Source of the DNA: a virus
Lineage: Duplodnaviria; Heunggongvirae; Uroviricota; Caudoviricetes
DNA: 64,000 nt
Virus record (IMG/VR): IMGVR_UViG_3300032116_000006
Direction: 5' to 3' (one strand)
Position 1 is the stretch's first letter. Each line of letters starts with the position of its first letter. The notes beneath the pieces were generated by a model. The model was not told where the DNA came from. It made no database searches and saw nothing but the letters and a program-made list of their open reading frames with translations. The position numbers and the translations under genes were made by a program. This document shows positions 17,365 to 27,352 of this stretch, piece by piece.

Positions 17365-20096
17365 TGAATAGTTTTACTAGATCTTCTTTCATTCCAAAGA
17401 ATAATGCCATTTATCCAAAATGTATAAAAGATCCTTTAGTTCTTGGGCTAAAATCTATTAACAATAATATGCGAAGAATGGACGCATATGTTGTATTAGG
17501 TTTAAAGGGAAAAAGAAAACTCAAAGAAGAGGAAGAGCGGCGAAATAAACAATCAAATCGTCGCAAAAAGGAAAGTTCGTTAGAGAGGCAGAGAAAGGCA
17601 AATCCAATACTTTTTTTAAAAGATTCTCTCCCTAGAACAGGTTTTTTGGATGCAATAAGAAATTTTATTCTTTATACCGTAATGGGAAAAATGGTCCCAT
17701 TCGTATTAAAAAATTTACCAGCCATTCTTAATGCATCTAAACTTCTCATACCAGTTTATAATTTTTTTGAAAACTTTTTGGGAAATGTTTTGAAGGGGGT
17801 CGTGAATGCTATAGATTTTGGCTATAGCATTCACGACAAAATGCGAAAACTTTTAAAGGATGTTACAGGAAGTAAATTTGAAAAAACATTTGACGATTTA
17901 GAAAAAAATCTCAATAATTTTTTAAATCTTGCTATCATTGCTGGATTAGCGATTGGTGGAGCTGGAATTGGTAATATTGCTAAAGGGAGAAAAACTGGAC
18001 TTAATTCTCTTACCGTACAACAACTTAAAAAATTAGCAAAAGAAAAGGGGCTAAAGGGTTATAGTAAATTCAGAAAAGCGGAACTCGTTGATTTATTAGA
18101 AAATAAACCGAAACCCGTAGCACCAGTAGCGAAACGAACTAAAGTTGGTGCTATTCCTGGTGCAAAATTTTTCGGTAAATTTGGCAGAGTATTTGGAAGA
18201 ATTCCAATCATTGGTGGTCTTATAGATTTTGCTGTTTCACTTATGTTCGGTGAAAAAATTGGAAGAGCTGCAGCTAGAGCAGTTGGCTCAATGTTGGGTG
18301 CAGCTCTTGGGACATTTATTCCAGTTCCTGGTGTTGGAACCATTATTGGTGGAATTTTGGGAGACATTGTTGGAGGAGCGCTCTATGACACACTTGAATC
18401 TTTCAATAAACCAAAAAGAATGGCTTCTGGTGGTCAAGTTGGAAGAAAAACTACTAATGTTTCAAGAAAAATAAGAGCAAAAAGAGTACAAAAACCCTCC
18501 AAACAAATTGCACAGAGAACCTCTCCAGGAAAACATGTTGGTGGTAAAGAAGAAATATCTAAACTTTTCCCAGATAGTGACGATTCAAATACGATGAGTT
18601 CTTTGAGAGTCTTATCTAAAAACTCATCAATTATGAAGAGCGGTGGAGTTTTAGGTAAGTTTCTTAGTTCTGGAGTTGAATTGATGGCTCTAGGTCAGAA
18701 AATAGAAAGACAAACTTTAATCGGCCTTGAAAAATATCTAGCCTATGTGATTGACGCTTCCATTGCAGAAAAATCTAATGTAAATTCAAAAGCTCTTGCT
18801 GGAACAATGCTCGCAATGGCTGAAGGTGGAATTGTTCCAGAAAATAGAACTCTTATTAGTTCTAGAGACACAACTGGAACTGTAGTTGCTAAAGATATTG
18901 TAAAATCATTTAATTCTATGATGAGTAATAAAAGTGCGGCGATTTTACAAAATATTAAAAGTGAAATTTCCTTATTTAAGCCTGGTGTAACTCCTGGGGC
19001 AATTGAGCCCACTTTTAGTGGAGAAATCGGTGGGTATGGATCATCTGAAGAACAGGCTCTTTTAAAGGCCATACGTTTTGCAGAGGGAACAACCTCAAGT
19101 TACGGTGTCATATTTGGTGGAGCTATTATCCCAGAATTAGCAGAGGGTAAAATGACAGTGAAAGATGTCATTGATATGGGAAATAGCGGAAAACTTCCAT
19201 CTAAATTTGGTGGAAGAAATGCCGGTTATGGTTCGGGTTCTGCCGCAACTGGCGCATATCAGTTTATGCCTTATACTCTGGAAAGTCTTATTAAAGATGG
19301 AACATTAAATCTTGGTGATCTTTTTACACCAGAACTGCAAGATAAAGCTGCATTAGCATTGGCAAAACGAAGAGGAGTTACCTCAGAAATGTTAAGAAAA
19401 GAAGGCCTTAGTGCAAATATTTCAGCAAAACTTGCACCAGAATGGGCATCTTTTCCTACTTTATCTGGTGGTAGTTATTATGGTCAACCATTTAAAGAAT
19501 TAAGTTCTTTACAGAAAATATATAAAGACACTTTATCTAAATCGTCAATTTCTACTTCTGGTTCAAACCCAATTTCGGTTGGATTAGATTTACTCAAACA
19601 GGGTTTTACAGTTGCTGAAAATAGATTTTTCACAAAATTTCAGGGTTTTAATCCTGCTGGAACGTCAATTGTAGGTAGACATTCAAATAGTGCAGATCAT
19701 GCCGAACATTCCCTAGATGTAACTGATTGGCGTGGATCTGAAAGTGAAGGTATTGAAAGACTTAAAAAATTATTTAAAAAGTTATACCATAATAAAGAAA
19801 AAATGGGAATAGTAGAATTAATTTTTGATCCAATTGGCCATTGGTTTGATGGTATGCGTTCGTATTCTGCAGATCCTATAGGGGGTCATCATAATCATTT
19901 GCATATTAGATTTAAAACTCCAGCGAGCAAATCAATTTTCTCCCAGCAATTAAAATCATCAGTATCATATAATAAGAACATTAATTTAGCTTCAAATCAA
20001 CCCACATCATTGGTTACAAATTATATAAGTAATAAGAATACATATACTGATAACTCACAACAAACACAAATTTTAATTCAACCTATTCTTACATAA
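17364..20096 (+). CDS. multidomain virion-associated cell-wall hydrolase, 910 aa: Rho_N-like motif + SLT-like transglycosylase motif + LAS-type (HxH) metallopeptidase motif
   Basis: Rho-N/SAP-like LTVQQLKKLAKEKGLKGYSKFRKAELVDLL. SLT-like segment GAYQFMPYT resembling the GLMQxMPxT motif. C-terminal H-x5-D (HAEHSLD) and HHNHLH (HxH) arrangement of LAS zinc peptidases. Further (A/K)xGGxV motifs (MASGGQVG, MKSGGVLG, AEGGIVPE). Confidence 0.65.
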   Translation: MNSFTRSSFIPKNNAIYPKCIKDPLVLGLKSINNNMRRMDAYVVLGLKGKRKLKEEEERRNKQSNRRKKESSLERQRKANPILFLKDSLPRTGFLDAIRNFILYTVMGKMVPFVLKNLPAILNASKLLIPVYNFFENFLGNVLKGVVNAIDFGYSIHDKMRKLLKDVTGSKFEKTFDDLEKNLNNFLNLAIIAGLAIGGAGIGNIAKGRKTGLNSLTVQQLKKLAKEKGLKGYSKFRKAELVDLLENKPKPVAPVAKRTKVGAIPGAKFFGKFGRVFGRIPIIGGLIDFAVSLMFGEKIGRAAARAVGSMLGAALGTFIPVPGVGTIIGGILGDIVGGALYDTLESFNKPKRMASGGQVGRKTTNVSRKIRAKRVQKPSKQIAQRTSPGKHVGGKEEISKLFPDSDDSNTMSSLRVLSKNSSIMKSGGVLGKFLSSGVELMALGQKIERQTLIGLEKYLAYVIDASIAEKSNVNSKALAGTMLAMAEGGIVPENRTLISSRDTTGTVVAKDIVKSFNSMMSNKSAAILQNIKSEISLFKPGVTPGAIEPTFSGEIGGYGSSEEQALLKAIRFAEGTTSSYGVIFGGAIIPELAEGKMTVKDVIDMGNSGKLPSKFGGRNAGYGSGSAATGAYQFMPYTLESLIKDGTLNLGDLFTPELQDKAALALAKRRGVTSEMLRKEGLSANISAKLAPEWASFPTLSGGSYYGQPFKELSSLQKIYKDTLSKSSISTSGSNPISVGLDLLKQGFTVAENRFFTKFQGFNPAGTSIVGRHSNSADHAEHSLDVTDWRGSESEGIERLKKLFKKLYHNKEKMGIVELIFDPIGHWFDGMRSYSADPIGGHHNHLHIRFKTPASKSIFSQQLKSSVSYNKNINLASNQPTSLVTNYISNKNTYTDNSQQTQILIQPILT

Positions 20097-21400
20097 TGAA
20101 AGATTTAAGGCCAGAAATACAAGTAAAACGACTTGAAATTCTATCAAATAATGGCAAATCAGTTGAAATTTCTAGTGGACTTGCTCAACTTTACTATTAT
20201 GAAAGTATTCTTGAAAATTCGGTAAAAGCAGATATAACTTATGCAGATACTGGTAGCCGCAATTATCCTGGAGAGACTTTTTCTTCATCTGAAGCGAATG
20301 ATGCAGATCTTCAATATGCAGAAAAAGTCTTTATGGATATTGAAGATGAAGAGACGGGTAGAGTTCAATTTATAACACCAGAAACCTGCCTACATTTCAT
20401 TACTAGACCAAAAATTGTAGGAAATACTCGTTCAGAAATAATTTCAGCTAATCTTGCAAGCAAAGAATATTTAAATAATCAATTTGAGAGCGCGAGAGTT
20501 TCTAGAACATATGAAGGAAAAATATCAGAAACTATAAAGAGAATTTTAAGAAATCATTTACAAACATCTAAGACAATATTCATAGAAGATACTCTTAATA
20601 ATCTAAAAATAGATGGAAGAATTGATAATAGTTCAATGCCATTTCAAGTTATTAGAGAACTTTCCAAAAAATCAATACCAATACTTCCATCTAAAACATC
20701 TGAAGGATATACGGCTGGTTATTTTTTCTTTGAGACCTCTGATGGTTATCATTTCAAATCTATTGATAATCTTCTATCTCAAACACCAGTGAAAAAATAC
20801 ATAATGAACAATACGATTGATTTGCCATTTGGATATGATGGAAAAATCTTAAAGTATGAATTCAGAGAAGGACCATCAATAATCAATCAAATGAAAGCTG
20901 GAACCTATAATTCAACAAGAATTACATTTAATCCAATAACACATGAATATAAAAGAGAATCTATAAATGCAAATCAACAAAATAAAGGATCAGTAAGATC
21001 TGGGAAAAATCTTCCAAATATCCCAGAAGAATTAAACCAATCAACAAAAACCACATTTTCAACTCTTGATATTGGTCAAATGCCTTATGGAATTTCTATA
21101 GATGATCAAGTTCAAACATCTGAACAAGAAAATTTTAAAGTGAGAGAAATATTAAATCAAAGTATAATGAGATACAATCAACTCTTTTCATTGCCTCTTA
21201 CTGTAACTATATTTTGTGATGTTTCTCTTCATGCTGGAGATATGATTGAATGTGTATTTCCAGAGGTTTCATCAAAACAGACACAAACTCTCAGTAAGAA
21301 AAAATCGGGTAGATATCTTGTTACGGATCTTTGTCATTTTATTTCACCAATTGGTCCAAATTATACTAAAATGATTCTTGCAAGAGATAGTTATGGTTAA
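20096..21400 (+). CDS. hypothetical structural protein, 434 aa
   Basis: ATGA overlap with the 910-aa gene. Confidence 0.55.
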   Translation: MKDLRPEIQVKRLEILSNNGKSVEISSGLAQLYYYESILENSVKADITYADTGSRNYPGETFSSSEANDADLQYAEKVFMDIEDEETGRVQFITPETCLHFITRPKIVGNTRSEIISANLASKEYLNNQFESARVSRTYEGKISETIKRILRNHLQTSKTIFIEDTLNNLKIDGRIDNSSMPFQVIRELSKKSIPILPSKTSEGYTAGYFFFETSDGYHFKSIDNLLSQTPVKKYIMNNTIDLPFGYDGKILKYEFREGPSIINQMKAGTYNSTRITFNPITHEYKRESINANQQNKGSVRSGKNLPNIPEELNQSTKTTFSTLDIGQMPYGISIDDQVQTSEQENFKVREILNQSIMRYNQLFSLPLTVTIFCDVSLHAGDMIECVFPEVSSKQTQTLSKKKSGRYLVTDLCHFISPIGPNYTKMILARDSYG

Positions 21401-21419
21401 TAAATATCAATAAAAACTG

Positions 21420-23576
21420 ATGAAGATACATATTGGAATTATTGAATCAGATTTTGATGAAAAGAATTCAAATCATAGTTTATGGTCCAATGAATCTGAA
21501 ATCAAAGGATGGGGCAAAAGATATAAGGTAAGAATACCAGGTGTCCATTCCGAAGATAAGGCAGTTACACCATCTTCTGCATTGCCGATTGCAGAAATTA
21601 TTTATCCAGTAACTGCAGGAACTGGTCATGATGCCTGCTATCAAACAGATAATCTAAAACCTGGATCTACCGTCATTCTATGGGAAGATGACAATAAAAG
21701 ACTTTTTATTACTGGATGTAAGGGTAATAATGAAAAAACAAATTTATTCCGTGGCGAACCTAATCAAGGTTTCATTCCTTATAGTTTAACTCTTAGTGGT
21801 CCTTCTTTTAACTTTTCAACTGTTGATAATAAATTTTTTGAGTCAACTTCAAATGCAGCCTATCTCAATAATTGGGCTAATTTTTATGAACTATCCGATG
21901 GTAAAAGAACTTCCCCACTAACTTCATCTTCAATATGTGAAAGAGCACCATTAGGTCAAATACAAATTACCATACAAAATTTCATTAAAGATATAAATGA
22001 AGCAAAGCTGTGGTTAGCTAAACAGAAGAAATCTTTACAACAACCAATACAAGTTGGAATTTCAACTGGAGAAAATCTTAATAAAAGTATTGACAATCAA
22101 CAGTTATTTCAGAATATTCAAAAACCAGTTACTCAAACATATTCAATTGATCAATGGCTAACAAGTAAGATACAAAATGTATCAAAAGATATTTCTAAAT
22201 TCTTGAAAGATGTCTCAAATAGAATTGAAACTGGTGTTACTAATCTGATAAATGATGCACTAAAGAAAGTATATTACACATTGTTTCCAAAACAACAGCA
22301 GGAATTAAAAGTAAAAGTAGAAACTGCAAATGATTTGATAGCTTGCCTCTTCAGAAAAATTGTTCGCAATTTATTAAAAATGGTTGCAAACTTTCTGAAA
22401 AGTGCTGCAGATAATATCACGAATCCTGCAATTTGCATAATTGAAAATTTTATTGGGGGTTTATTTGGAAAAATTCTTGGGTTGATTACAAGTGCAATTG
22501 ATGCAATTCTACAACCACTAAATGCAATTTTAGGAATTTTTGATATTGCTTCTGATCTTCTTAATATTGTTGAAGATGTTTTAACCACTCTTTCGTGTGA
22601 TGAACAACCCTCTTGCCCAAAAATTCAAGAATGGAGTCTTTGGGAAGGAACAGAATCGGTTTTCACTACTACAAATTTTTCAGATATTTTTAATAAGATT
22701 AAATCTTTCTCAGCATCTGTGCAGGATTCTATTGATCCAGATAATTTTAATTTTGATCTAGATTTTTCAGATATTTTTGCAAATAATTGTAATGTGGGTG
22801 CTCTTGCTTGCGGGCCACCTACAGTCAAGTTTATTGGAGGAGGTGGTTCTAATGCATCTGGAAATGCAATCATTAACTCTTTAGGTCAAATTATTGGGAT
22901 TGACATTACTTCTTCTGGTAGAAACTATTCGTCACCTCCTGTAATAAAATTCGCAGACAATTGTGGAAATGGTTCAGGTGCGATAGGGCGAGCAGTAATT
23001 GGACCAGTATTTGTTAGTATCCCAAGTAGTTCTATAATTGGGTTAAATACAAATACTTCTGGTATATCAACAAACACAACTAATACTGGAATTGGAACTA
23101 CTGTTATAGAAACAACTGGAGTAATTAATGTAATTATAGAAGACACTGGAAATGGTTATCTTCCAGTATCTGATGGAAGTCTTGGGGCAACTGGCTTGAC
23201 ACTATCAGATAAATTAATTAATCCAACTATAAAATATCCAATAAGTTCAAATGGCTCATATTCAGTAATCATGAAGTTATGTGAAATTATTATTGATGAT
23301 GGTGGATTCGGTTATAATCAATCGGATACAATTTTAATAAATCCATCAAATGGAGCAGTAGCTAGACCATATTTTACAACAGGTGGCTCTCTCTATAAAA
23401 TTGAGATTCTAAGTAAAGGTGAAGGATTTATTGAACCTCCAAATATTACAGTTGTTTCAAAAACAGGATTTAATGCAGTTTTGATACCTAGATTATGCGT
23501 AGAACAAATAGGCGAACAAATAAATTCAACTGCACTAGATAAGATAATTGATGTCGTAGATTGCCCCGGAAAATAA
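21420..23576 (+). CDS. hypothetical structural protein, 718 aa (baseplate/tail-spike-like, with internal repeat modules)
   Basis: Large ORF. Repeated modules ITSSGRNYSSPPVIKF and LSKGEGFIEPPNITVV suggest tandem beta-rich domains. Confidence 0.55.
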   Translation: MKIHIGIIESDFDEKNSNHSLWSNESEIKGWGKRYKVRIPGVHSEDKAVTPSSALPIAEIIYPVTAGTGHDACYQTDNLKPGSTVILWEDDNKRLFITGCKGNNEKTNLFRGEPNQGFIPYSLTLSGPSFNFSTVDNKFFESTSNAAYLNNWANFYELSDGKRTSPLTSSSICERAPLGQIQITIQNFIKDINEAKLWLAKQKKSLQQPIQVGISTGENLNKSIDNQQLFQNIQKPVTQTYSIDQWLTSKIQNVSKDISKFLKDVSNRIETGVTNLINDALKKVYYTLFPKQQQELKVKVETANDLIACLFRKIVRNLLKMVANFLKSAADNITNPAICIIENFIGGLFGKILGLITSAIDAILQPLNAILGIFDIASDLLNIVEDVLTTLSCDEQPSCPKIQEWSLWEGTESVFTTTNFSDIFNKIKSFSASVQDSIDPDNFNFDLDFSDIFANNCNVGALACGPPTVKFIGGGGSNASGNAIINSLGQIIGIDITSSGRNYSSPPVIKFADNCGNGSGAIGRAVIGPVFVSIPSSSIIGLNTNTSGISTNTTNTGIGTTVIETTGVINVIIEDTGNGYLPVSDGSLGATGLTLSDKLINPTIKYPISSNGSYSVIMKLCEIIIDDGGFGYNQSDTILINPSNGAVARPYFTTGGSLYKIEILSKGEGFIEPPNITVVSKTGFNAVLIPRLCVEQIGEQINSTALDKIIDVVDCPGK

Positions 23577-23577
23577 A

Positions 23578-24159
23578 ATGAGCACTAAAAAATTATCAAC
23601 AATTCGTTATGGAAATAAAGATGCTGAATTAAAATTTGGCCATCTTCATTCCGATGGAAAAATTTCAGCATTTATTGTAAGAAGTGGAACTGATCCTAAT
23701 CATTATATTTCCATGGATTCTGAAGGAGCCCCACATAGAAAACATGGAACAATTTGCAGATCAACAGGTGCTTTTCAAATAAAAGCAGGAGATAATGTAA
23801 AATCCACTGGTATTGAAGAAAATATTGGGGTTTATATTGAAGCTGTTGATGGTGATATTGTTCTTAATGCCAGAAATGGAAGAGTTAGAATTATTGGAGA
23901 AAATATTGATCTCATTGCGAGAGGCGCAGATGGACAAAATGGTAACATAAGTATTGATGCAAATGAGAAGGTAATTATAAATGCCTCAAGCGTTTCTATT
24001 AATTCAAAAGTCTCAACGCGAATTGTATCAGAAAAAAGAGTTGAAATGATTGGTAAAGCTATACTTAACTGTTATGGTGGTTTAATTGATTTTGCAGATG
24101 GATCAACAAAAATTAATGGCTCTAAAGGTGGTTCAACATTTGAGGATTTTTTTAAATGA
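23578..24159 (+). CDS. hypothetical structural protein, 193 aa
   Basis: ORF 2 nt after the previous stop. Confidence 0.5.
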   Translation: MSTKKLSTIRYGNKDAELKFGHLHSDGKISAFIVRSGTDPNHYISMDSEGAPHRKHGTICRSTGAFQIKAGDNVKSTGIEENIGVYIEAVDGDIVLNARNGRVRIIGENIDLIARGADGQNGNISIDANEKVIINASSVSINSKVSTRIVSEKRVEMIGKAILNCYGGLIDFADGSTKINGSKGGSTFEDFFK

Positions 24160-24782
24160 AAGTTCCTGATTTTTATGTTGGTAAAAGACTATTTGTTGGA
24201 GATGGTGAACCAATTGCTCTAGGCCTCGGTCCAACAGAAGTACGAGGTTCAGCTTACATTGAAGGTCCACTTCTAGTGGGGGATGCAACAAAATTTCCAA
24301 CAATTACTGCAGCCTTAATGGTTGCCCCGCAAATAAATTCAGATGTAAAAACTCCAGCTTTTTGGTCTGCTTATTTTCATGGCGGCGTGCGTGTTAAAGG
24401 AACAATAATTGCTGATACTATTGCTGCAACTCAATCTAAACCTTTTATCATTGATCATCCAACAAAACCAGATAAAAAACTGGTGCATGTTGCACTAGAG
24501 GGTCCAGAGAATGGAGTTTATGTAAGGGGTAGATTAACAGATTCTTCAATTATTGAGCTACCAGAATATTGGAAAAATTTAGTAGATGAAAAAACAATTA
24601 CAGTAAATTTGCAAACAATTGGAATTGAGCAGCAATTAATTGTAGAAGACATTAAAAGCAATCAAATTTTTGTTCGTAGCAATATAAGCTTAAATATTGA
24701 TTGTTTTTATCATGTCTATGGGACAAGAAAAGATATAGATAAACTTAAAGTTGAGGTAAATCCAGAAGATTATGGCCTTTGA
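24156..24782 (+). CDS. hypothetical protein, 208 aa (tandem paralog A)
   Basis: Shares about 35-40% identity over ~110 aa with the next ORF: DHPTKPDKKLVHVALEGPENGVYVRGRL...LPEYWKNL...IDCFYHVYGTRKDIDKLKVEVN. Confidence 0.55.
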   Translation: MKVPDFYVGKRLFVGDGEPIALGLGPTEVRGSAYIEGPLLVGDATKFPTITAALMVAPQINSDVKTPAFWSAYFHGGVRVKGTIIADTIAATQSKPFIIDHPTKPDKKLVHVALEGPENGVYVRGRLTDSSIIELPEYWKNLVDEKTITVNLQTIGIEQQLIVEDIKSNQIFVRSNISLNIDCFYHVYGTRKDIDKLKVEVNPEDYGL

Positions 24783-25464
24783 ATACAATAAAAACTTTGG
24801 AGCATTCATTCGCAAAAAATATGGTTATCCTATAGAAGATTATGAAGTAGATCCAAATTCTTTAGATTTTGGTCTTGAGTATAATATAAATGTTGCAGCA
24901 GTTTGGGTTGGGAATTCTCCAATGCAATATGCTTACTGTGATTTAACGAGTGATACTTCTTTAACATTAAGTCACTCTTCTGGTTCATTAACCGAATTTA
25001 TACTTAATGCAAATAACCTTAATATAAATTCAAGTGCAAAAATTTCATTAAATTCACCCATTGTAGAATGTTCAACTGAAATTAAAGCACCTCTAGGAAC
25101 TTTTATTAATCTTTCGGCTCCATATAAGATGTTTGATATCAAACATCCATCAAAAGAAAATATGAGACTTAGACATGCCTGCCTTGAGGGTCCTGAAATT
25201 TCAGTTTTCATTAAAGGCAGATTACAAGGTAAAGATACAATTACTCTTCCAGAATATTGGAAAGAATTAATTGATCTTGAAAGTATCAATGTAAGTCTTA
25301 CACAAATTGGAAGAAATCAGGACTTATTTGTAGTTTCAATTAATGATAAAGAAATAAAAATTTCCTCAAATTTAACTAACTTTATAGATTGCTTCTACAC
25401 AATTATGGCCACAAGAAAAGATGTTGAAAAATTGGAGGTTGAGGTAAATGAGTACACGCCCTGA
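24772..25464 (+). CDS. hypothetical protein, 230 aa (tandem paralog B)
   Basis: KHPSKENMRLRHACLEGPEISVFIKGRL...LPEYWKEL...IDCFYTIMATRKDVEKLEVEVN, paralogous to 24156..24782. Confidence 0.55.
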   Translation: MAFEYNKNFGAFIRKKYGYPIEDYEVDPNSLDFGLEYNINVAAVWVGNSPMQYAYCDLTSDTSLTLSHSSGSLTEFILNANNLNINSSAKISLNSPIVECSTEIKAPLGTFINLSAPYKMFDIKHPSKENMRLRHACLEGPEISVFIKGRLQGKDTITLPEYWKELIDLESINVSLTQIGRNQDLFVVSINDKEIKISSNLTNFIDCFYTIMATRKDVEKLEVEVNEYTP

Positions 25465-25679
25465 AACGAAAGAGTCTTTAAGAAATCTATTTACCGCTAA
25501 ATGGAATTTGCCAAAAGCTGCAGATAATGCGAATCTTTCATACAAAGAAATGAAAATAATTTTTAATGAGTTTTGTGAGCTTAATCCTCCATCCTTTGAA
25601 CCAGATCTAGAAGTGTCATAGTGGGCATTTAACTGTTGAAAAATTGATTTAAGCTATCTATAAATCACAAACACCCAAA

Positions 25680-25892
25680 ATGAATGATTGCCCTGGGGAA
25701 TTTTATGATGAACATGAAATTGATTATAATGATCTAAATTTAACAGTTGTCATTTATCGCAAAAACGAAGATTATCTTTTACTGCGAAGAGAATTTGACA
25801 CGATGATGGAAGCATTGAATTATGCTCAAGATATTGCTGGAGAGTTTAAAGTTATTGGAGTTGTCAGAAAAAATTATCCAGTGACAGTTTGA
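25680..25892 (+). CDS. hypothetical protein, 70 aa
   Basis: ORF in a gap between larger genes. Confidence 0.4.
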   Translation: MNDCPGEFYDEHEIDYNDLNLTVVIYRKNEDYLLLRREFDTMMEALNYAQDIAGEFKVIGVVRKNYPVTV

Positions 25893-25937
25893 TAACTGCC
25901 CTATAATGACTCAATTGGCTTTCATAGTTGCTATGCT

Positions 25938-26996
25938 ATGGAAGCCACTTTAAATGAATTCATGTCTGATACTCCAGTTTCTTTCAATTTAGGTACACCT
26001 GAACTTGCGCAGTCTATCACAAATCATTTTATCACCAGAAGATATCTGAACGGTGGTAGCTCACATTTAAAGACTTTGAAAATTGAATATGATTTGCAAA
26101 ATCACGATCCCCAACAGCTTATTGATTTGTTTGTAAATATTGGATATAAAGTGATAGGTTGCCTAAGCACTGACTCATTATTATATAATGAACATAATTT
26201 AATTTATACTCGGTTCTTACGTGGTGGTTATTCTAATATTAGTATTCATGGTGATAAGACTAATTTTGATGAAATTGAAAATCTTATTTTATCAAAATTC
26301 AACAAGTGGGATGGCAACAATAAATCTAAAATAAAATGGTGTTTTCTCAATGATTGTGGTAAGATTGAGTATCTAGAATCAAATTTAGAGGAAAAAAATC
26401 CACCCTTCACAGAAATGTATCCATTTCTTAATGGTGAAAGTCTTCATGATTATTATGAGCGATATAACAATTCTTCTGCATCTATTCTCCTTTTGCAGGG
26501 TCCACCCGGTACTGGTAAAACTACATTTATTCGGGGGTTACTACAGCATCTTAAAAAGAGTGCATTATTGTCTTATGATGATGCAATCTTAAAAAGTGAT
26601 AATTTTTTGAATATTTTCATTAAGGATAATAATATAAATTTTCTAGTTTTTGAAGATGCTGATGCTTATCTGACCTCTAGAGAATCTGGTAATAAGGTGA
26701 TTCATAAATTTCTCAATGCTGGTGATGGTCTCATTTCTAAATCTAATAAGAAAATTATCTTCACTACAAATCTTCAAAGTATTACCGATATTGATTCGGC
26801 ACTTACTCGGCCAGGAAGGTGTCATGATATTTTACAATTTCGTAGTCTCACTACAGATGAATCTATTAAAGTTGCCAGCATTTGTAAAATCGAAATTAAA
26901 TTACCAGAAAAAGAATATACAATTGCAGAAATATTTAATACACAAACCAATACTGAGAAGAAAGTAATCCGAAATATTGGGTTTGGCAATCCATGA
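25938..26996 (+). CDS. AAA+ ATPase (classic-clade-like), 352 aa
   Basis: Walker A LLQGPPGTGKTT, Walker B FLVFEDADAY, sensor-1-like FTTN, arginine-finger region RPGRCHD. About 190-aa N-terminal domain. Confidence 0.75.
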   Translation: MEATLNEFMSDTPVSFNLGTPELAQSITNHFITRRYLNGGSSHLKTLKIEYDLQNHDPQQLIDLFVNIGYKVIGCLSTDSLLYNEHNLIYTRFLRGGYSNISIHGDKTNFDEIENLILSKFNKWDGNNKSKIKWCFLNDCGKIEYLESNLEEKNPPFTEMYPFLNGESLHDYYERYNNSSASILLLQGPPGTGKTTFIRGLLQHLKKSALLSYDDAILKSDNFLNIFIKDNNINFLVFEDADAYLTSRESGNKVIHKFLNAGDGLISKSNKKIIFTTNLQSITDIDSALTRPGRCHDILQFRSLTTDESIKVASICKIEIKLPEKEYTIAEIFNTQTNTEKKVIRNIGFGNP

Positions 26997-27352
26997 AAAT
27001 ATCCAACACCCATCAAAGTTTTGCAGATAATTTTAATCTCCAAACTGCTCTATATTATCCTGAACAATTCTTGGGTCCCAATTGGAAAGATGTACTGAAC
27101 TTCTGGCTCTATTTGGATACTTTACATTATGAAGTTCTTAGGTTAATTGACATGAGATATTATACTTTAGGGGAAATAGGGACATTAAAGAAACTTTCTT
27201 GGAATGTTGCTAAAGATACTATAGGTCTTAAATATGCAGATGCAGCTTGGCACGCCAGCCCAACACTTGCAGATGGTTGTGCAACCTGTGAACTTATCGG
27301 CTCACACAATCTTAAGTCTTTGAATTTTCTTCCCTTGTTTTTGAATCTATGA
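26993..27352 (+). CDS. MKISTTHK-family paralog 6 (array 2)
   Basis: MKISNTHQSFADNF...NWKDVLNFWLYLDTL...CELIGSHNLKSLNFLPLFLNL. ATGA overlap with the AAA ATPase stop. Confidence 0.7.
   Translation: MKISNTHQSFADNFNLQTALYYPEQFLGPNWKDVLNFWLYLDTLHYEVLRLIDMRYYTLGEIGTLKKLSWNVAKDTIGLKYADAAWHASPTLADGCATCELIGSHNLKSLNFLPLFLNL

Noticed and set aside
14665-23146. Minus-strand ORFs inside the large structural genes (14665-14982, 15834-16154, 16158-16394, 18059-18367, 18743-19072, 22274-22588, 22625-22873, 22925-23146) and + frame ORF 18229-18474
   Set aside because: They lie wholly inside much longer, motif-bearing + strand genes. These are probably spurious alternative frames.
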